Assembly: GCA_022826125.1 (NCBI GenBank)
Contig: JAJDVM010000217.1
Coordinates: 313-64,312 of the forward strand
Reading direction: 5' to 3'
DNA: 64,000 bases
From: Defluviicoccus sp.
GTDB taxonomy: Bacteria > Pseudomonadota > Alphaproteobacteria > MPNO01
The notes beneath the pieces are model-generated. The model had not been told where the DNA came from and did no database searches. It was given only the letters and a program-made list of their open reading frames with translations. The translations under genes were made by a program, and so were the position numbers. Below are positions 1-6,608 of this stretch, piece by piece; positions within the stretch are counted from its first letter, which is position 1; every line of letters begins with the position of its first letter.

Positions 1-115
1 CCCCCGGCATGTCGTGTTCCTTCTCCCGCTCCGCCTTCGGCGGCTGGTAACTCTGATCGGGGAGCGTGATCGTCCGGGGCTTGCGGAGCTTCCCCCGTCT
101 CGCCTTCGCCGTCAT
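1..115 (-). CDS. small hypothetical protein (partial, runs off window start), probable IS1595 accessory ORF
   Basis: ATG at 115 overlaps the TGA of the upstream gene; MTAKARRGKLRKPRTITLPDQSYQPPKAEREKEHDMPG...; not in the supplied ORF track. Confidence 0.6.
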   Translation of the reverse strand, partial: MTAKARRGKLRKPRTITLPDQSYQPPKAEREKEHDMPG

Positions 116-1521
116 TGCGTCGCCCTCCATTCGGCCATGGTCTTCCCGCCCTTGCTCCGGTTGCAGCCGGAGCAAAGCAGTTGAAGGTTGTCGGGATGAT
201 CGGTTCCGCCGCGCGAGCGGGGCAGCATGTGGTCGACGTCCATCACCCGGAACGGGAAATGCGTCTCGCACCCGGCGCACACGCCTTCCTGTTCGCCGTA
301 GAGGCGATGCCGGTGCGTCCGGTAGTTGGGAAGGTCGCCGAGGTCGGTGCGCGCCGGCGGGGCCGTCAGGGCCAGCGCGCCGCCCCACGGCATGGACCCC
401 CGGTCGCCCGCGATCCGGTCATCAACGAGTTTCACCGCCAGCGCGGATAGATCGATTCCGACCCAGCGCCGGGACAGCCGATCCGCCGCCACCAACGCCG
501 TTGCGCAGCCGCAAAACGGGTCCAGAATCATGTCATCCGGTTTCGTGCTGGCGAGGATCACCCGCTCCAACAGCGCCAGCGGCTTTTGCGTAGGAAACCC
601 TGTCCGTTCCTTGGCCTGGGAGTTCACTGGCGGAATGTCGGTCCACACGTCCGGCGGGACCTGGCCGGGATTCGCGTGGAGATACCGCTTCAAGCGCGGC
701 GTGCCGTTCGCCGTGAAAACGATCATGTCGGCGGCATCAAGCATATCGAGCCGCGCGAGGATGCTTTCCTCGGCGAGATAGTCGGGGATGATGTTCTCGG
801 CGATCCAAGCCGCGTAATCGCCGGTTTTCGGCACGCTCCAACACCGCCCTATGTCGGTCGGGTTCCAGCCCCGCCACGGTTGTCCGGCCTCGCCCTCGGT
901 CGTCTTTGGGCCGGTCAAATCCGTGTCCTGATAGCGGCCACGATTGTCGGTTCGGCGATATTTCGCAGCATTCGATTCCGAAAGCGGAACCCTTACCCCC
1001 CCCCGCTCTATGTCGGAGCCGTAGAACAGCAGCCGGTCGCCGGTGCGCCCGAACCGGCCCGCGTCGTTGTGGTTTCCGATCCGTTTCCAGACGATTTCGT
1101 TGCGGAACGCGGCCACGCCGAACACCGCGTCCATCAGCGCCCGGAGCCAATGCCCGGCGGCATCGTCGCAATGCAGATAAATTGAGCCGTCCGCTTTGAG
1201 GACCCGGCGCATTTCCAAGAGCCGGACGGCCATCATGATGAGATAGGACTGCATGGACTTGCCGTGCGCCTGCCGCGCGGCCTCGATCACCGAATAGGCC
1301 GCCGGGTGGCGGTCGGCCAGCTCGCCGTGTTCGTGAACGTCCACGTCCGATAGCGTCCAAGTGTCCTTGAACGCCGCGCCCGCCGCTTCCGAGCCGATGG
1401 GAGCCGCGTAGTCTCGATTGCTGTTGAACGGCGTGAGGTCGATACAGGCATCGTTCATGCCGCGCATGACGGGGAGATTGTCGCCCGTCCAGACCGTGCC
1501 GGACGCGAAATTGGCGCTCAT
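112..1521 (-). CDS. N6/N4 DNA methyltransferase fused to C-terminal HNH endonuclease; catalytic motif IV appears deleted
   Basis: GDNL start, GSIYLHCD, FPTQKPLALLERVI, DPFCGCAT; C-terminal CAGC...DVDHMLPRSRGG.DHPDNLQLLCSGCNRSKG; reads IDLTPFNSN where IDLIYLDPPFNSN is expected; start M27 of track ORF gives an ATGA overlap. Confidence 0.85.
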   Translation of the reverse strand: MSANFASGTVWTGDNLPVMRGMNDACIDLTPFNSNRDYAAPIGSEAAGAAFKDTWTLSDVDVHEHGELADRHPAAYSVIEAARQAHGKSMQSYLIMMAVRLLEMRRVLKADGSIYLHCDDAAGHWLRALMDAVFGVAAFRNEIVWKRIGNHNDAGRFGRTGDRLLFYGSDIERGGVRVPLSESNAAKYRRTDNRGRYQDTDLTGPKTTEGEAGQPWRGWNPTDIGRCWSVPKTGDYAAWIAENIIPDYLAEESILARLDMLDAADMIVFTANGTPRLKRYLHANPGQVPPDVWTDIPPVNSQAKERTGFPTQKPLALLERVILASTKPDDMILDPFCGCATALVAADRLSRRWVGIDLSALAVKLVDDRIAGDRGSMPWGGALALTAPPARTDLGDLPNYRTHRHRLYGEQEGVCAGCETHFPFRVMDVDHMLPRSRGGTDHPDNLQLLCSGCNRSKGGKTMAEWRATQ

Positions 1522-1946
1522 TCGAAGAACAGTTTGCCGAGCGATCCGCGCCGGAGTTCCAGCGTGGAAATGCTCATTTCGTCCAACGTGATCGAGCATC
1601 GGAGTTGATTGTGATCCCAGCCGAGGATGACTTCGCCAATCGGCTGTTCGGAGTAGAGCGCGCGGCCCCCACCGTTCCGATAGTGGAGCGACACGGAAAC
1701 CGACGATTCGCCGCTCGGCTTGAACGACACGAAAGCATCGGCCTCGGTCGCCCCTTTGAGTCGCCGGAACACGCGGAGGAACGCGGCCTCATCCTCGGAC
1801 GAAAGGGAGAACGACTTGTCCGGCTCAAACTGCTTATTGGCCTCGATCACGTCCCGACAGATTTCGGCGCGGAGCTTGCGAAGGAAGCCGGACGGCGTGC
1901 ACTCGGCACGGACCCGAACCCAGTTGTCCTCGGCCGCGCCCGTCAT
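1518..1946 (-). CDS. hypothetical passenger protein (142 aa)
   Basis: ATGA overlaps at both ends (transposase and MTase-HNH); protein-like composition; no family recognised. Confidence 0.7.
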   Translation of the reverse strand: MTGAAEDNWVRVRAECTPSGFLRKLRAEICRDVIEANKQFEPDKSFSLSSEDEAAFLRVFRRLKGATEADAFVSFKPSGESSVSVSLHYRNGGGRALYSEQPIGEVILGWDHNQLRCSITLDEMSISTLELRRGSLGKLFFE

Positions 1947-2938
1947 GACCGGGCTCCGCTCGACAGGCCGTTGTCGGCGATCAGTTCCCGATACCGCAGC
2001 CGCTTGCCCTGCATCCCCGAGACGATCCCGGCCATTTGGTCGACGGTATCGGCTTCGCGGTCATTGTGCCGTCCGGCGAATTCCGTGACATAGCGATCGA
2101 GGTGCTTGGGGCTGAACTTGTGATAGATGCCATGCTGCCCGCGCTTGAACATCGACCACAGTGCCTCAATCCCGTTGGTATGGGCATCGCCGCGGACGTA
2201 TTCGGAAGCCGAGTGATTGACTGATTCGTGATCGAACCATGGATCGAGCGCGTTGTAGACGGCGGCATCGTCGGTATACGCCTTCGCGCCGATCCGGGTT
2301 TTCTCCGCGACGAACCCGGCGACGTGCGGCGTGTCCGTCCGGGTGACATGACGGGCCGCGACCTTGTTCGTCGCGCGGTCTTTCACGCCGACCACGGCTT
2401 CCATGTCCACCGCGCCGCGCCCGGTCGCCGCCTTGCGTTCCGCGTTGCTCTTGTTCTTCCGCTTCCCGCCCACGTAAGTCTCGTCTGCCTCGACTGGCCC
2501 GGCGAACGGCCCGGTCTCGGCTTCCATCGCCAGCCGCAGCCGGTGCAGCATGAACCATGCCGCTTTCTGACTGATCCCCAATTCGCGATGCAGCCGCATG
2601 GACGAGACGCCCTTGATATTCGTCGTGAACAGGTAAATCCCGACCGCCCATGCCCGGTATTTCAGGTTCGACCCTTCCATCACCGTGCCGGTCTTGATCG
2701 AGAACATGGTCTTGCTTTTGCCGGTCATGCAGTCGCGGCAGCGGTGCGTCATCGTCCGATGCTTGATCCCGGACTGGACGTTCACCGATCCGCATTTCGG
2801 GCAATGCGGGCCGTCCGGCCAACGCTGCGACGCGATCCAGTCCCGCGCCGTGTCTTCATCGCGGAACATGTCGGCGACCTCCATGAAGGTCAGTCCCTTG
2901 CGATGCGATTTTCCGGGTGCCTTGCGAGCCATCTTCAA
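1943..2938 (-). CDS. IS1595 family transposase (Zn-ribbon + ISXO2-like DDE)
   Basis: CPKC...CRDC zinc ribbon, VEADETYVGG, YTDD, HTNGIEALWS, YVTEF motifs. Confidence 0.95.
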   Translation of the reverse strand: MKMARKAPGKSHRKGLTFMEVADMFRDEDTARDWIASQRWPDGPHCPKCGSVNVQSGIKHRTMTHRCRDCMTGKSKTMFSIKTGTVMEGSNLKYRAWAVGIYLFTTNIKGVSSMRLHRELGISQKAAWFMLHRLRLAMEAETGPFAGPVEADETYVGGKRKNKSNAERKAATGRGAVDMEAVVGVKDRATNKVAARHVTRTDTPHVAGFVAEKTRIGAKAYTDDAAVYNALDPWFDHESVNHSASEYVRGDAHTNGIEALWSMFKRGQHGIYHKFSPKHLDRYVTEFAGRHNDREADTVDQMAGIVSGMQGKRLRYRELIADNGLSSGARS

Positions 2939-2992
2939 TCCCCTTGTGTGACTATAAGATAGGGATTGCCGGGCCGGAGTTCAAGCGAAAAA

Positions 2993-3015
2993 TGTGACTA
3001 TTCGCTATAATCCCC
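2993..3015 (-). repeat. putative terminal inverted repeat of the IS1595 element
   Basis: GGGGATTATAGCGAATAGTCACA upstream of the transposase; inner motif tgtgactat recurs at 2947-2955. Confidence 0.65.
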
Positions 3016-3016
3016 C

Positions 3017-3172
3017 TTCACCGGCCTCGAGGTCGGCCCGGACGGGACGTTCTCGCGGGGCCAGTCGGGCGCGCGTATCCAGGGCGGCTTCTACGGTCCG
3101 GGCCACGCCGAGGCGGGGGGCATCTTCGAGCAGTCCGACATCGTCGGCGCCTTCGGCGCGAAGAAGCTGTGA
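3017..3172 (+). pseudogene. C-terminal remnant of a TbpB/fHbp-like beta-barrel surface lipoprotein interrupted by the IS
   Basis: Frame from 3017: FTGLEVGPDGTFSRGQSGARIQGGFYGPGHAEAGGIFEQSDIVGAFGAKKL*; GxFYGP..E.GG.F...GAFGAK matches the TbpB-type barrel terminus; no start codon. Confidence 0.65.
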
Positions 3173-3191
3173 GCCAAAGACGGGAGCCCGT

Positions 3192-3431
3192 CTACTTCCG
3201 GAACGGGCTCTCGTCCTTCTTCTGAGCGATCCGCTTCAGCGTCTCGTTGAACCGGCCTTCGTCCTCCTCGCAGTCGAGCTCGCGCGCGACGCTGACTTGG
3301 GTGAGCTTCCGCGCCTTGCGCAGCTCGCGCGGCGCCATCTCCTCGGCGATGAGCTCCGCGGCGCGGTCCTCGATTTTGCGGCGCCTTGCGGGGTTGAGGT
3401 CCGCCATCATGTCCTTCAGGCTCACGGTCAT
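3192..3431 (-). pseudogene. XRE/HigA-like antitoxin N-terminus truncated within the HTH and fused to an unrelated tail
   Basis: RRRKIEDRAAELIAEEM..RELRKARKLTQ..VAREL then switches to DCEEDEGRFNETLKRIA; recognition helix absent. Confidence 0.6.
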
Positions 3432-3504
3432 CGCGACCCTCCTTTCCCGGCGAGCCGGACGAGGTGTCGGTCGAAGCGCTCGTCGGCCTTGCGGATGAGC
3501 GTCC
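3428..3504 (-). pseudogene. C-terminal remnant of a Gp49/RelE-like toxin
   Basis: TLIRKADERFDRHLVRLAGKGGSR* with ATGA overlap into the antitoxin; rest of the toxin missing. Confidence 0.55.
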
Positions 3505-3921
3505 GGTTACAAACACGCTTCGGAATAGACCCGGCTCACGATCTCTGCGTACTGACCAGCGACCCGGAAATCGCAGCGGCCACCCTTGTGCAGCCGGGGG
3601 ACCACACCCGTGTCCATCAGGGTATGTCAGAACTGGACCTCACGACCCGAGTCGCGCAGCCGTTCGACGTCGATCCCCTTGAGGGGAGGGCGGAAGCGAG
3701 CAGGCGTTTGAGGCTGGGGGTCGGGGTTTGTCCGGGAACCAGACATACGTCCCCGCGTGGCGTTCAGGACCGGTCAAGGCTGCGGTGACCCAGCGCACTC
3801 TCACCGCGTATCGGACCCACGCTTCACCTGCGATTTTCCGACGGTATCGTTCAGCCGCTTCTTTACTCCTACTCCACGTCGCCGAAACTCCAGTTTCCGG
3901 CAATTTAGCTCGAACGACCGC

Positions 3922-5010
3922 TCAGAATATACTGGCGGTTCGGTTGTCCGTTTCTCTTCCCGCGTCGGTTTCGGTCCGACGTATGAGAGCAGGCCGCCGC
4001 CTGCCGCCGTCTTCGGGAAGCGGCGCGGACTTGCGCTCGTCGCTGCCGTTCCAGAGCAAGCCGGGATGTGCAACACGGTAATACCCTTCATCTCTCTTCG
4101 ACGTTCTTGGTTTCGGCGGCTCCCTTTCCGTCTCGAACCGTCCCTTCGCGCCTTGGAGGTATTTCTCGACGAGCTCTACGCATATCCACTTGCGGCCGAG
4201 ACGCTCGGCAACCTCGCCGGTGACGCAACTCCCGCCGAAGGGGTCGAAAACCATGTCTTCCGGGTCGGTCAGCATACGGATGAAATACTCAGGCAAGGCG
4301 GCGGGGAAGCGGGCCGGATGTGCCTTGATACCTTTCTCCTTGCAGTAGCGCAGGTAACCGCTGTTGCTCTCCGTATTGGGTATGGCGATCAGGTTCGGAG
4401 GAATGGAGGCCCCGTTATCGATGGCGAACTTCTCGCTGATGTCATGCCCCGACGGCCTTAGCTTCGCCCTGTAGCCATTGCTCAGGAGCGTCTTCATGCT
4501 CTCGCTGTAGGGTTGAAGGACGCGTCGGTTGCTCGCGCGTGGCCACGGCGTTTTGGATAACCACCACACGGTGTTGATTCCGTCCTTCACGCGGATGCGA
4601 CGGATGTTCACCCATTCGGCCGGTGCCGGCAGTTTCGACGGATTCCACCAGTAGAATTCCTGGGCGAGGTGAAAGCCGTATTCCTCGCACAACATGATCA
4701 GGAGCTTAAAGTGATAGAGGCTGCGTTCCGGAAGGCCCGGCTTCCATGCGCCGCCGAGGTCGATCACGAGGCTGCCGTCGTCTTTCAGGATGCGGTGGAA
4801 CTGCTCCGCGAAATCCCTGAACCATTCGAGATAGGCGTCTTCCTGTTCATTCCCATAGTCCTTCTTGCGTGTCAGCGCGAAAGGAGGACTCGTCATGATG
4901 AGGTCGACGGACGCCGTTCCGGTCCGCTCCATCACGTCCAAGCTGTCAGCGTGGTGGATGCACCCGAGAGGGGTTCGGTGATAAACGGTCGGCAGTTGGC
5001 CGTTCGTCAT
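3922..5010 (-). CDS. site-specific DNA methyltransferase, beta class N4-cytosine type (M.PvuII-like)
   Basis: TSPPFAL.RKK.YGN, NPSKLP.P.EWVN, RPSGHDI, HPARFP, DPFGGS motifs as recalled for M.PvuII. Confidence 0.92.
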   Translation of the reverse strand: MTNGQLPTVYHRTPLGCIHHADSLDVMERTGTASVDLIMTSPPFALTRKKDYGNEQEDAYLEWFRDFAEQFHRILKDDGSLVIDLGGAWKPGLPERSLYHFKLLIMLCEEYGFHLAQEFYWWNPSKLPAPAEWVNIRRIRVKDGINTVWWLSKTPWPRASNRRVLQPYSESMKTLLSNGYRAKLRPSGHDISEKFAIDNGASIPPNLIAIPNTESNSGYLRYCKEKGIKAHPARFPAALPEYFIRMLTDPEDMVFDPFGGSCVTGEVAERLGRKWICVELVEKYLQGAKGRFETEREPPKPRTSKRDEGYYRVAHPGLLWNGSDERKSAPLPEDGGRRRPALIRRTETDAGRETDNRTASIF

Positions 5011-5023
5011 TGTCCTGTCTTCC

Positions 5024-6421
5024 CTAGAGTTCGAGCTTCTTGAGTTTCATCGCGTGACGGGCCTCGCGGTCGAAGGCACGCAAAATCGCGGCGGGACGCT
5101 CGCCGATGGATTTCAGGTCGCTCCCATCGAGCATGATCACGGCCAGGTTTGAATCCGCCATGATCCTATTGGCGTAGCGGCGCGCTTCGCTGCCGATCTG
5201 GCCAGTTGTGACGACGACAATGACGTTGCTTTTCAGGACATGCGTCAGCCCCACTTCCTTTGCCACGTCGTCGAGCGAGACGCGGGCGGTATTCTTGCAC
5301 TGCACCTGCCAGCGGGAGAAAACAAGGCGGGCATTCTCGAAAATCAGGTCGACCTCCGCGCCTCCCGTCTGATTCGCCCGCAATCGGGTTGCGATGAAGG
5401 TCATGTCGAGTAGGCGCATGATCTTGAAGGCGAGGGCTTCGAGCGCCAGTCCCGCCTTGTGGCGATCCTTGCTCTTCATTTCTTTCAGGATGGCGGAAAG
5501 CGGCGTGCGCAACAGTGCCAGAAGCTTGGGATCCGTCTGTCCTTTGAGTTGCTCGATGAGGGGATCGACCACATCGGCGACCAGCTTGGACGTCGGGGAA
5601 ACCAGGAAAGGTTTGGCACCGCGACCCGAGGTGGTCTTTGTGGCGGTGATATAGCCGGCGTCTTGCAGAGCGTGGAGCACAAGCTTCGGCAGGCTCTTTT
5701 CGGGGAACCTCACGCCATAGGTCGCTGCGGCGAGCCTGGCAATTTCGTTTGTGGGCTGGGGCTTCGTCGTCCCCGTGTTGGCGAGCGCTCGCAGGAACGC
5801 GCGTTGCTCCGGCGTAAAGTCGGCCAGCACCTCGAACTCGTCAGGACCGAGCCCGAGAATGTCTTCGATTTTGTGAGGATCGACCTGCCAGCGCTTGCCG
5901 ACGAAGACGCCTGCCTTGGCAAGCCAGAGGCGCATCATGCTCGGGTGTTTCCCGCCCGACGGGTAGTGGACGCCGCGTGCGGCGAGCCCCTCGCGCAGCG
6001 TGGTAAGATTGACCCGCTCGCCTGCTGCCGCCATGTCCTGGATGCAGCGCACTAGTGTCATGCCGTGCAGGTTCAGGAGAATGTGCTTTGCAAGCTGGCG
6101 GTAAAGGGTGGCTTCGTCGTCCTTCGAAGCAAGAAGTTCTCGTCCGAAGTCGGTAAGGGCGGCGTCGCGGTCGATGATGCCGTAGGCGATCATCCCCAGC
6201 TTCGTGTTGTTGGCGAGTTTGTTCCGGTTGTAATCGTCGGTCTCGTGTTTCTCGAAAAAACCGGCCCGCACGGCTTGCTCGAAAGCGTGCCAGTCGCCGC
6301 CGTGAGTGTCGGCCAATTCCAAAACCGCCGTAAGCTCGATCTGCGAGGGCGAAAACTCGCTGCCGAAGGGAAGGTCGCTCTTCTTGCTCACTCTTTTCCC
6401 ATCCAACGGTTCGTTCGACAC
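5024..6421 (-). CDS. restriction endonuclease with C-terminal Mrr-like PD-(D/E)XK domain
   Basis: GLALEALA...GGAEVDL...WQVQCKN...IVVVTTG..A..YA...LDG; directly upstream of the MTase; lower GC than backbone; start may be GTG at 6391. Confidence 0.85.
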   Translation of the reverse strand: MSNEPLDGKRVSKKSDLPFGSEFSPSQIELTAVLELADTHGGDWHAFEQAVRAGFFEKHETDDYNRNKLANNTKLGMIAYGIIDRDAALTDFGRELLASKDDEATLYRQLAKHILLNLHGMTLVRCIQDMAAAGERVNLTTLREGLAARGVHYPSGGKHPSMMRLWLAKAGVFVGKRWQVDPHKIEDILGLGPDEFEVLADFTPEQRAFLRALANTGTTKPQPTNEIARLAAATYGVRFPEKSLPKLVLHALQDAGYITATKTTSGRGAKPFLVSPTSKLVADVVDPLIEQLKGQTDPKLLALLRTPLSAILKEMKSKDRHKAGLALEALAFKIMRLLDMTFIATRLRANQTGGAEVDLIFENARLVFSRWQVQCKNTARVSLDDVAKEVGLTHVLKSNVIVVVTTGQIGSEARRYANRIMADSNLAVIMLDGSDLKSIGERPAAILRAFDREARHAMKLKKLEL

Positions 6422-6509
6422 GTGGAGCGTTAGCCTTGGCGTGCCCCGCTACAGGTCCCAAGGCGGCGCTCATCCACCCTATAGCCGGTTCTCACCACAA
6501 CCCGAACGA

Positions 6510-6553
6510 GAACATTTAGGGAACATTCTGCCGCTTTGCGTCTCTACTGTAAA
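6510..6553 (-). promoter_or_regulatory. sigma70-type promoter followed by an alphaproteobacterial LexA (SOS) box
   Basis: Minus strand TTTACA (6553-6548)-N17-CAGAAT (6530-6525), then immediately GTTC-CCTAAAT-GTTC (6524-6510). Confidence 0.7.
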
Positions 6554-6608
6554 CCCTGTTTTCTTCAACCGATTCGCTTGTCTTGCCGGTCACATCGCTA
6601 GCAGGCCT

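Larger units (their letters stand above)
1..3015 (-). mobile_element. IS1595-family transposon with passenger genes (one end visible; other end lies before the window)
   Basis: IS1595 transposase at 1943-2938; minus-strand end GGGGATTATAGCGAATAGTCACA (3015-2993) resembles IS1595 terminal repeats; downstream genes linked by ATGA overlaps; the end abuts a truncated host gene at 3016. Confidence 0.75.

Noticed and set aside
3640-3903. 87-aa minus-strand ORF downstream of the MTase
   Set aside because: No recognisable motif, and it runs into a repeat-like sequence.
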